Shown here piece after piece: positions 25,273 to 33,077 of a stretch of 41,470 nucleotides of DNA. A program made the position numbers and the translations under genes. The stretch is from IMG/VR virus record IMGVR_UViG_3300025875_000644, positions 1-41,470 of that record, one strand, 5' to 3'. The notes beneath the pieces were generated by a model. The model saw nothing but the letters and a program-made list of their open reading frames with translations, searched no databases and was not told the origin of the DNA. Source of the DNA: a virus. Its lineage: Duplodnaviria > Caudoviricetes. Position 1 is the stretch's first letter; every line of letters starts with the position of its first letter.

Positions 25273-25652
25273 CCGCTCAGTCGTCCGGGCGGATACGCAG
25301 CTGCTCGGTGAACAGCCACAGCAGGTACTCGCACCAGAAGCCCGGCGCGTACTCCCGCAGGCCGGTCACCATGCCCACCAGCCGGCCCGTCTCCGCGCCC
25401 GTGGACCCCATCCGCCAGCCGTGCAGCTCACCGGCGGTCCACCGGCTGTCGAGCCGCAGCCACCCATCCACCGGCACCGGCGGGTCCCGGCGGTCGGTGA
25501 CCCGGGCGAGCTCGCGTTCCAGCTCGCCCTCCGGCAGGTGGCCGGTCACCAGCCGCCGCTCCTCGCCCACCCCGACGACGGTAGGCGCCCCCGCGGCCCT
25601 CGGCTTCCCCGCCCCCAGTTCCCTCTCCAGCACCGAGGAGCCACCCCGATGA
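25269..25652 (+). CDS. Sense 'bridge' ORF 4 spanning an antisense gene
   Basis: GTGA and ATGA overlaps; Ser/Pro/Arg-rich. Confidence 0.35.
   Translation: MTAQSSGRIRSCSVNSHSRYSHQKPGAYSRRPVTMPTSRPVSAPVDPIRQPCSSPAVHRLSSRSHPSTGTGGSRRSVTRASSRSSSPSGRWPVTSRRSSPTPTTVGAPAALGFPAPSSLSSTEEPPR
25277..25570 (-). CDS. Antisense leaderless small gene 4, Trp-rich, resembles antisense gene 1
   Basis: MGEERRLVTGHLPEGELERELARVTDRRDPPVPVDGWLRLDSRWTAGELHGWR..; TACCGT 7 nt before the GTG. Confidence 0.65.
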   Translation of the reverse strand: MGEERRLVTGHLPEGELERELARVTDRRDPPVPVDGWLRLDSRWTAGELHGWRMGSTGAETGRLVGMVTGLREYAPGFWCEYLLWLFTEQLRIRPDD

Positions 25653-26086
25653 AGAAGTCCGAACAGACCGCGATGGCCGCGTTCTTCGACCGCATCCAGC
25701 AGCTGCACGGCTACCTGGTCGGCATCCGCACCACGCTGGCTGAGGACCCGACGTGCGACTGCGAGATCGGCGTCCGCGGCGTCTACCAGCAGGCCGGCCG
25801 GTGCGTGCCCGGCCCCGGCCAGCCCCCGCCCGACATCTGCCTCACCGTCAGCCACCTCACGGCCCGCCTGATGCTCGAGCAGATGAAGCTCTCGGTCACC
25901 CACCTGTCCGACCCCCAGCTGGACAAGGCCGTCGACCAGCTCGCCGATCTCGTCGAACGCGCCCCCGCCCTGACGCAGCGCCGGTTCGTCATCGAGCTGC
26001 AGACCGCGCTCCGCGCCAGCCTCCTGCCGCTCGCCCCGGGCGACCCCGACCCCGAGCCCGCACCGGCCGCTGGGGGCCAGGACTGA
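25649..26086 (+). CDS. Hypothetical phage protein
   Basis: GAGGAG RBS; MKKSEQTAMAAFFDRIQQLHGYL. Confidence 0.7.
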   Translation: MKKSEQTAMAAFFDRIQQLHGYLVGIRTTLAEDPTCDCEIGVRGVYQQAGRCVPGPGQPPPDICLTVSHLTARLMLEQMKLSVTHLSDPQLDKAVDQLADLVERAPALTQRRFVIELQTALRASLLPLAPGDPDPEPAPAAGGQD

Positions 26087-26241
26087 TGGCCGACGTGAGC
26101 GACGACCGCTGGACCTGCCCGGCGTGCGGGCGCACCACCACCGTGTGCGGCTCCCAGCTCGACATCGACGCCGCACTCGCCGCCGTCCGCGAACGGCACC
26201 GGCAGGGCCACCCCAACTCCAGCAAGCGCCGCCGCCGCTGA
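26086..26241 (+). CDS. Small CxxC protein
   Basis: TGATG overlap; WTCPACG. Confidence 0.6.
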   Translation: MADVSDDRWTCPACGRTTTVCGSQLDIDAALAAVRERHRQGHPNSSKRRRR

Positions 26242-26246
26242 CCCCG

Positions 26247-27365
26247 ATGCGGAACCCGATCACCAACCTCCGCGACCTCGCCCACGTCGCCGTCGACGAG
26301 CTGGCCGCCCACGTCCCCGGAGCGCACCCACACGTGACCACCACCGAGACGACCAGCTGCGTCGTCCCCGGCCGCCCCCACCCCGCCACCGACGGCGTCC
26401 TCTGCCGCCACCACCTCGAAGAGCTCGGCACCTGGCTCCACGACATCGAGGACGAGATCGCCCGGCTGTCCGCCGTCCCCTCCCTCGCCATCCGCTGGGA
26501 CGGCGGCGGAGGCGGTTCCCTGGCCTCCCAGCAGTCCCCGGTCGTCCTCGACGTTCTCGTCCACACCGACCCCCGGTCCACCGCACACGGCTGGCAGCAC
26601 GACGGCCCCACCTGCCCGGCCTGCGACCACGGGTCGTGCGCGCTGATCCGCGCCGACGCCGATGAGCACGAGGCCCGCGCCGAGCGCCCGCTGTACGCCC
26701 TCGGCGTCCTCCAGGACCTCGCCGACCGCGTCCGGGAAGAGCGGCGCCTCCAGCGCCCCGAGGTGCTCACCATCGGTCGCGTCCCGACCGGGTACCGCGG
26801 CCCCTACGTCGTCGACCCGGCCGGCGTCATCGGTGTAGGCCACCTCGCGCCCGCCCCGGTGACCGTCCGCACCGAGCGCCTCCTCCTCACCCGAGCCCTG
26901 GACTGGATCGCCCGCCAGCCATGGGTCGCCGCCATGCGCGAAGAACTCCGCGAACTCCGCGCCCAGCTGATGCGCGTCAACCGCAACGACGACGACCGCC
27001 CGCTCACCGGCTGGTGCTACAAGCACATCGACGACCAGGGCACCGAGTGCGGCGGCCAGCTGTGGCCCCTCTACGTCGAGCACACCACCGGCGGAGACGA
27101 CGACGAGGACGACGGCCCGCTCCGCCCCCGGGAGGTCGTCTGCGACCGGAACCCCACCCACCGGTGGGAAGGAGGCCGCGGCGGCGATCTCGCCCGCCTC
27201 TCCCTCATCCTCGCCACCCAGCAGCACGAGGACGACACCCGCACCGCGGCCTCCCCGGCGCCCACCCCGCCACCGGCGCCGCCCGCGCCGGCCAGCTCGA
27301 ACCGGGGCGCCACCCGCGGCTTCACCGCCCTGCTCGCCGAGCTGCGCCTCAGCGAGCGCGCATGA
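26247..27365 (+). CDS. Cys/His-rich phage protein, possible late-gene regulator family
   Basis: Several Zn-ligand clusters (LCRHH, CPACDH..C, GWC..CGG.L, CDRNPTHRW); position at the end of the early operon. Confidence 0.65.
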   Translation: MRNPITNLRDLAHVAVDELAAHVPGAHPHVTTTETTSCVVPGRPHPATDGVLCRHHLEELGTWLHDIEDEIARLSAVPSLAIRWDGGGGGSLASQQSPVVLDVLVHTDPRSTAHGWQHDGPTCPACDHGSCALIRADADEHEARAERPLYALGVLQDLADRVREERRLQRPEVLTIGRVPTGYRGPYVVDPAGVIGVGHLAPAPVTVRTERLLLTRALDWIARQPWVAAMREELRELRAQLMRVNRNDDDRPLTGWCYKHIDDQGTECGGQLWPLYVEHTTGGDDDEDDGPLRPREVVCDRNPTHRWEGGRGGDLARLSLILATQQHEDDTRTAASPAPTPPPAPPAPASSNRGATRGFTALLAELRLSERA

Positions 27366-27589
27366 CCGCCCCGCTGCACCCCGCCAACCACTTCGAGTGG
27401 CGGCAGGTCGTCGAGGGCCGCGACGCCAACGGCCATCCCCAGGTCGTGTGCGACCACTGCGGGGAGCCGGTCCCCTGCATCGACGCCATCCTGGTGCACA
27501 TGGACGGCCCCACCCACCAGCAGCTGTGCCGGGCGACCGGGCACTGCTGGTACGCCAAGCGCCCGGTCAGCGAGCTGCCAGCCCGCTGA
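27362..27589 (+). CDS. Small CxxC protein
   Basis: ATGA overlap; VCDHCGEPVPC. Confidence 0.6.
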   Translation: MTAPLHPANHFEWRQVVEGRDANGHPQVVCDHCGEPVPCIDAILVHMDGPTHQQLCRATGHCWYAKRPVSELPAR

Positions 27590-27648
27590 CCAGCGGGGCC
27601 GGCGCCGGTACCGTGGCCGGCCATGCTGCCGTCCCGGAACACCCGCCG

Positions 27649-27846
27649 GTGAGCGCCTACACGTCGGCCCAGATCGAGGCGGTCATGGGCATCCCCGCCA
27701 GCACCCTCCGCGGCTGGGTGCACCGCGGCCACATCGTCAAGATCGGCCGCGACCTCTACGACGGCGACAGCGTCATCGCCCGCTGGCGCCGCTCGCAGGC
27801 CACCACTTCACCCGGACACCGACTCCAGGAGCCGAGCTACCCGTGA
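27649..27846 (+). CDS. MerR/HTH_17-type DNA-binding protein
   Basis: YTSAQIEAVMGIPASTLRGWVHRGHI....DLYD. Confidence 0.75.
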   Translation: MSAYTSAQIEAVMGIPASTLRGWVHRGHIVKIGRDLYDGDSVIARWRRSQATTSPGHRLQEPSYP

Positions 27847-28334
27847 CTGCGCCCGTGCATCCACCCGTCCCGTGTCAGCAATGCAGATGGTGTGGCGCCT
27901 GCGGCTGCGATTATCACGGCGCCTGCCACGAGCACAGCTACACCGAGATGTACCTCGCTGAGGTGTACGCAAGCCGCGCCTCGTACGAATCCCAGCGACA
28001 GGACCCGAGCAACACGTTCGCCGAGTTCGGGAGTCGAGACAAGCCGGGGAAGGTCCACGACCTGAGCTGTCGGGTCGTCCGGTCCAGCATCGCCTCGGCA
28101 GAGCGCTTCCTCGGAGACCCACTGGCGAACACACCACAGCGCTACCCGCGCCTGCTCACACGGCCGGAAGCTGAGACACCAGGTCGCAAGCGCTGCACTC
28201 AGTGCGCTCCCGACGTGGTCGAGGTCAAGAAGCCACCCCGTCGGCCAGTGGCCACCGGACTGGGTTGGCCCCTCGACGACACGTCGTGCGCACGTAGCCC
28301 CGGATACACGGCGACACCGCCTTACCGACGCTGA
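27843..28334 (+). CDS. Cys-rich hypothetical protein, apparently lower GC
   Basis: CQQCRWCGACGC, KVHDLSC, KRCTQCAPD; GTGA-coupled. Confidence 0.6.
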   Translation: MTAPVHPPVPCQQCRWCGACGCDYHGACHEHSYTEMYLAEVYASRASYESQRQDPSNTFAEFGSRDKPGKVHDLSCRVVRSSIASAERFLGDPLANTPQRYPRLLTRPEAETPGRKRCTQCAPDVVEVKKPPRRPVATGLGWPLDDTSCARSPGYTATPPYRR

Positions 28335-28337
28335 CCG

Positions 28338-28367
28338 TTGCGGACCAGAGCGACCCGGTGTAACACT
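28338..28367 (+). promoter_or_regulatory. Candidate late promoter
   Basis: TTGCGG at 28338-28343, 17 nt spacer, TAACACT at 28361-28367, upstream of the HNH and packaging genes. Confidence 0.45.
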
Positions 28368-28523
28368 TGGGCCACGCGACGCATACCCGCACACGGGAGC
28401 CGTCGCACCAGCTACCCGCCGAACACCCGGGATCGGCTCCGGGACCACCAGGGCCCGCCACCACACCAGGTGACGGACCCTGCTGCACCCCGCCCCACCG
28501 CGGACGCGACGGAGGCTGCCCGC

Positions 28524-28877
28524 GTGCCCACCCGCCCCGCCGCCCGCTGCCCCGACTGCAAGACCCTCCACCCAGGCACCGGCCGGTGCCCCAACTGCGC
28601 CCAAGTAGCCAGCCGAGCACGCGGCACCACCACCCAACGCGGCTACGGCACCACCCACCAGCGCACTCGCGAGGACTGGCGACCCGAAGTCGAAGCGGGC
28701 CACGTCGACTGCGCTGCACCACGGTGCCTCCAACCCAGCCGCCGCATCCACCCCGGCCAGGCATGGGACCTCGACCACGACGACGACCGCACCACCTACC
28801 GCGGACCAGCACACGAGGGGTGCAACCGCAGCACCAGAGGCCGCCCGCCACGGTCCCGGGGACGGGGAACCCGGTGA
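28524..28877 (+). CDS. HNH endonuclease (packaging-associated)
   Basis: CPDC..CPNC, RGYG..HQR.R, C....C, WDLDH..GPAH..CNR; GGAGG RBS. Confidence 0.85.
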   Translation: MPTRPAARCPDCKTLHPGTGRCPNCAQVASRARGTTTQRGYGTTHQRTREDWRPEVEAGHVDCAAPRCLQPSRRIHPGQAWDLDHDDDRTTYRGPAHEGCNRSTRGRPPRSRGRGTR

Positions 28878-29006
28878 CCGGAGTGCCGAGAGACCAGGTG
28901 ACCGGGTGACCGGGTGGGGGGGCCCCTCCCCCCGGGCCCCTCTCTCCCTGACCGCCAGTTCTGCGTGCATTCACCGTCTCAACCCTTCGACCAGGGGGTC
29001 ACCCCC
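28873..29006. other. Probable cos/packaging region
   Basis: Non-coding gap after the HNH gene; GGTGACCGG at 28873, 28897 and 28905, G/C runs, near-palindrome GGGGGTCACCCCC 28994-29006. Confidence 0.55.
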
Positions 29007-29022
29007 AACGAGAGGACTGCTC

Positions 29023-29358
29023 ATGGACGCTTCGGCGATCGCCCGCGTGTGCCACGAGGCCAACCGGGCGCTGCAGATCGAGGCCGGCGACCCGGCCGTC
29101 AGCCCGTCCTGGGACGAGGCGCCGGAGTGGCAGCGCGCCTCGGCGGTCGAGGGGGTGGCCGAGGCGCGGGCCGGCGCGACGCCCGAGCAGCTGCACGACT
29201 CCTGGTGCGACTCGAAGGTCCGAGACGGCTGGTCCTTCGGTGCGGTCAAGGATGCCGAGGCGAAGACCCACCCCTGCTTGGTGCCGTACGACGAACTGCC
29301 GGAGGACCAGCGCCGCAAGGACGCCGTCTTCGGCGCCATCGTCGGCGCGCTGAGCTAG
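29023..29358 (+). CDS. RyR-domain protein
   Basis: PEQLHDSW...K..DGWSFGAVKD...KTHPCLVPYDELPEDQRRKD. Confidence 0.88.
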   Translation: MDASAIARVCHEANRALQIEAGDPAVSPSWDEAPEWQRASAVEGVAEARAGATPEQLHDSWCDSKVRDGWSFGAVKDAEAKTHPCLVPYDELPEDQRRKDAVFGAIVGALS

Positions 29359-29371
29359 GAACTCACCGGCC

Positions 29372-29836
29372 GTGCCTGCTCAGCTGCCCGCGCCGTTGCA
29401 GCTGCTGCACGGTCGTGGCGAGGGCGTCGACTCCGGTGGCCGGAAGGTCAAGACGACGCCGGAGTTCCGCCGGATCGCGCCGAAGCCGCCGACGTGGCTG
29501 TCGAAGGAGGCCGCGGCGGAGTGGCGCCGGGTCGTCCCGGGGCTGACCCGGCTGGACCTCCTGAAGGAGGAGGACCGGGCGACGCTGACGGCGTATTGCG
29601 AGACGTGGTCGACGTTCGTCGATGCCACCCGTCAGGTCCGCCGTGAGGGCCTGACCATCGATGCCAAGCAGGGGACCCTCCCTCACCCCGCTGTCGGGAT
29701 CGCGCGCAACGCCGGCCGCGAGCTCCGCGCCTTCGCCAACCTCTTCGGGCTGTCGCCGGCGTCGGAGATGGCGCTGGGGAAGGTGACCGGTGGCGAGGAC
29801 GACGACAACCCGTTCGGGGGCTCGCCGACCGACTGA
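29372..29836 (+). CDS. Terminase small subunit, P27 family
   Basis: P..LQLLHG, PPTWLSKEAAAEWRRVVP, LTAYCETW, HPAV, FGLSPAS. Confidence 0.92.
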   Translation: MPAQLPAPLQLLHGRGEGVDSGGRKVKTTPEFRRIAPKPPTWLSKEAAAEWRRVVPGLTRLDLLKEEDRATLTAYCETWSTFVDATRQVRREGLTIDAKQGTLPHPAVGIARNAGRELRAFANLFGLSPASEMALGKVTGGEDDDNPFGGSPTD

Positions 29837-31547
29837 CGACGTCGTCCTCCCGCCGCTGGAGGAGCTCGAGCGGCTCAAGCTGTCGCCCGAGGTCGCCTGG
29901 TACCTGATCTCTCGCGGGATTCCGCTGCCGGACTGCCCGCCGCTGATCAAGACGCCGGAGCCGGGCGAGCTGGGGATGCCCGGGGTCCGCTTCGATCCGG
30001 CCCGGGTCGACCGGGTGCTGAAGTCGTTCTCGAAGCTGCGGCACACGAAGGGCAAGTGGGCCGGGCAGCCGCTGAAGCCGGACCCGTGGCAGGTCGCGTA
30101 CATCCTGGCGCCGGTCTTCGGGTGGGTCCGCTTCGACGAGGACGCCGACCGGTGGGTGCGGGTCATCCGCGAGCTGTACGTGGACGTCCCGCGCAAGAAC
30201 GGGAAGTCCACGCTGCTGGGCGGCATCGCGATCTACATGACGGCGGCGGACGGGGAGCCGGGTGCCGAGGTGGTCGCCGCGGCCACGACCCAGGACCAGG
30301 CCGGCTTCGTCTTCGCCCCGGTCAAGGCGCTGGTCAACAACGCCCCCGCGCTGAAGTCGCACCTGAAGGCGTACGCGAAGCGGATCGTCCACCCGGCGTC
30401 GGCCAGCTACTTCCAGGTGATCTCCTCGGTCGCTGACGCGCAGCACGGCGCGAACCTGCACTGCGCGGTCATCGACGAGCTGCACATCCACAAGTCCCCG
30501 GACCTGGTGGACACCCTGGAGACGGGCACCGGCTCCCGGGACCAGCCGCTCACCGCGGCGATCACCACCGCGGACGAGGGCAAGCCGAACACCATCTACG
30601 CCCGCAAGCGGAAGCGGGTCGAGCAGCTCGCCGAGCGGGTCATCATCGACGCGACGACCTTCGGGGTGGTGTTCGCCGCCGCCCCGGAAGACGACGAGTT
30701 CGCCGAGGAGACTCACCGGAAGGCGAACCCCGGTTACGGAGTGTCCCCGACCCGGGCGTACCTGCAGAAGGAAGCATCGAAGGCCCGGGACAGCCCGGCC
30801 GACCTGGCGAAGTTCCAGCGCCTGCACCTCGGGATCCGCACGAAGCAGACGACCCGGTACATCCAGCTCGGCGACTGGGACGACACCGCCGGCCTGGTAG
30901 ACGAGATGAAGCTGGCCGGCCGGGCGTGCCACGGCGGCCTGGACCTGGCGTCGGTCTCCGACATCACCGCGCTGTGCTGGGACTTCCCGAGCGACGACGA
31001 CCGACACGAGGCCATCTGGCGGTTCTGGGTCCCCGAGGAGAAGCTCCGGGACCTCGACAACCGGACGGCCAAGAACGCGTCGACGTGGGTCAAGCAGGGC
31101 TGGCTGAAGACGACCCCGGGCAACGTGATCGACAACGACTTCATCGTCGCCACGATCATCAAGGACGCCGACCGGTTCGACGTGCAGACCATCGGCTACG
31201 ACCGGTGGGGCACCAGCGACGTCGTCCGCCGGCTCGACGACGCCGGCATCACGTGCGTGCCAATCGGGCAGGGCTACGGGTCGGTGTCGGCGCCGCTGAA
31301 AGAGCTGCAGCGCCTGGTGCTCTCCGAGCGGTACCGGCACGGCGGCAACCCGGTCATGCGCTGGATGGTCGACAACCTGGCGGTCCGGATGGACCCGGCC
31401 GGGAACGTGAAGCCGGACAAGGACACCGCCGCCGACAAGATCGACGGTGTCGCAGCGGCGGTCAACGCGCTCAAGGAGTGCATGGACGCCGAGCCCGCGG
31501 CCCCCTCGAAGTACGCCGGCTGGCAGATGCCGCGGAAGATCCGATGA
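29790..31547 (+). CDS. Terminase large subunit
   Basis: HTKGKWAG, PWQ, Walker A VPRKNGKST, IDELH, GGLDLAS, YDRW, KIDGVAA. Confidence 0.96.
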   Translation: MARTTTTRSGARRPTDDVVLPPLEELERLKLSPEVAWYLISRGIPLPDCPPLIKTPEPGELGMPGVRFDPARVDRVLKSFSKLRHTKGKWAGQPLKPDPWQVAYILAPVFGWVRFDEDADRWVRVIRELYVDVPRKNGKSTLLGGIAIYMTAADGEPGAEVVAAATTQDQAGFVFAPVKALVNNAPALKSHLKAYAKRIVHPASASYFQVISSVADAQHGANLHCAVIDELHIHKSPDLVDTLETGTGSRDQPLTAAITTADEGKPNTIYARKRKRVEQLAERVIIDATTFGVVFAAAPEDDEFAEETHRKANPGYGVSPTRAYLQKEASKARDSPADLAKFQRLHLGIRTKQTTRYIQLGDWDDTAGLVDEMKLAGRACHGGLDLASVSDITALCWDFPSDDDRHEAIWRFWVPEEKLRDLDNRTAKNASTWVKQGWLKTTPGNVIDNDFIVATIIKDADRFDVQTIGYDRWGTSDVVRRLDDAGITCVPIGQGYGSVSAPLKELQRLVLSERYRHGGNPVMRWMVDNLAVRMDPAGNVKPDKDTAADKIDGVAAAVNALKECMDAEPAAPSKYAGWQMPRKIR

Positions 31548-31559
31548 GGGGAGGTCGCT

Positions 31560-33077
31560 GTGGCGCTCGACGACGCCAAGATCCAGGGCTCCCCCGGATG
31601 GTGGTTCAAGCGGCTGGCGCTGCAGCAGGCGCAGCGCGCGGGCCGGCTGCAGAAGCTGAAGAAGCGCTACGACTCCGACCCGCCACTGCCCGAGGGCGCG
31701 GAGAAGGCCAAGGAGTCCTACGCGGCGTTCCAGAAGCTGGCCCGCACCAACTACGAGGAGCTGATCTGCCGGGCCGTGCTGGACCGGCAGACCCCGGTCG
31801 GGTTCCGGACCGCGGCGGACAACGACGCCGGCGGCGACGCGGCGGCCGCCCAGCTGTGGCGGGCCAACCGGATGGCGGTGCGGGCCCCCGAGATCCTCGA
31901 GGCCAAGCTGTCGATGTCGGAGGCCTACGCGATCGTCGCGCCCCCGGATTCGCAGTCCGACGGGCAGGCGGTCATCACCGCCGAGGACCCCCGCAACTGC
32001 ATCACCGCGAACGATCCGGTGCGGCCGTGGATCGTCCGGGCCGGCCTGAAGACGTACTGGGACCCCGACGAGGAACGCGACTACGGCTACGTCTACCTGC
32101 CCGGCAAGAACGGCGGTCAGGCCGAGGTCCACAAGGCGTGGAAGAAGGGCAAGGCCACGTCGCTGATCCCCGGCCGGCCGATGAACCCGTCGGCGTGGAC
32201 CTGGGACGAGAACGTCGTGAAGCTGCCCACGTCCCGGGCGCCGATCGTCCACTTCCCCAACCGCGGCGGCCTGGCCGAGTTCGAGAAGCACGTCGACCTG
32301 ATCGACCGGATCCGGCACGGGATCCTGCAGCGGATGGTCCTGGTCGTCATGCAGGCCTTCCGTCAGCGGGCGCTGAAGAACATGCCGTCGCACTACCCGG
32401 ACGACTGGCCGGTCAAGGAGATGCGCGGCAAGCCGATCGACTACTCCGGGCTCGACGAGGTGTTCGTCGCTGACCCGGCGTCGATGTGGCTGCTGCCGCC
32501 GATGGCCGAGCTGTGGGAGTCCCAGCCGCCGGAGCTCACCGGCATCCTGACGGCCAGCAAGGACGACGTCCGGGAGCTGTCCACGGTGTCGCAGTCGCCG
32601 TTCTACATGTTCGTGCCGGACGGGGCGAACCAGACCGCGGCCGGGGCGACGCTGCAGCGCGAGGGCATCAACTTCAAGGTCGAGGACCACAACACCCGCG
32701 ACGGCATCGGGTTCTCGCAGGTGATGAGCCTCGGCTTCGAGATGATGGGCGGCGCCGAGAACCTCCAGCGGTCCAAGTTCGGGGAGCTGGACACCCTGTG
32801 GCGCCCGGTCGAGCGGTACAGCCTCGCGGAGAAGGCCGACGCCTCCAGCAAGGCGAAGGGCCTGTCCCCGCGTCGGGTGCTGACCGACATCTGGCAGCTG
32901 ACGCCCGCGGAGGCTGACGCCGAGCTGAAGGCGCAGCAGGCCGACGCGTTCCTGCAGCTGGCCCAGGCGGGGATGGCCCGCCAGACCGAGCAGACGGCGC
33001 AGCCGCTCCGCATCGCGCCGGCCGAGCGGGTCGACCCGGAGCCGGCACCGGCGGATGACGCAGCCCCGACCAGCTGA
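31560..33077 (+). CDS. Portal protein (SPP1 gp6-like actinophage type)
   Basis: Follows terL; ARTNY, GFR, FPNRGG.AEFE.H.DLIDRI, QAFRQRA, LWES. Confidence 0.9.
   Translation: MALDDAKIQGSPGWWFKRLALQQAQRAGRLQKLKKRYDSDPPLPEGAEKAKESYAAFQKLARTNYEELICRAVLDRQTPVGFRTAADNDAGGDAAAAQLWRANRMAVRAPEILEAKLSMSEAYAIVAPPDSQSDGQAVITAEDPRNCITANDPVRPWIVRAGLKTYWDPDEERDYGYVYLPGKNGGQAEVHKAWKKGKATSLIPGRPMNPSAWTWDENVVKLPTSRAPIVHFPNRGGLAEFEKHVDLIDRIRHGILQRMVLVVMQAFRQRALKNMPSHYPDDWPVKEMRGKPIDYSGLDEVFVADPASMWLLPPMAELWESQPPELTGILTASKDDVRELSTVSQSPFYMFVPDGANQTAAGATLQREGINFKVEDHNTRDGIGFSQVMSLGFEMMGGAENLQRSKFGELDTLWRPVERYSLAEKADASSKAKGLSPRRVLTDIWQLTPAEADAELKAQQADAFLQLAQAGMARQTEQTAQPLRIAPAERVDPEPAPADDAAPTS

Noticed and set aside
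28335-28523. tRNA or known ncRNA in the gap before the HNH gene
   Set aside because: No cloverleaf or T-loop consensus seen; more consistent with a promoter and leader
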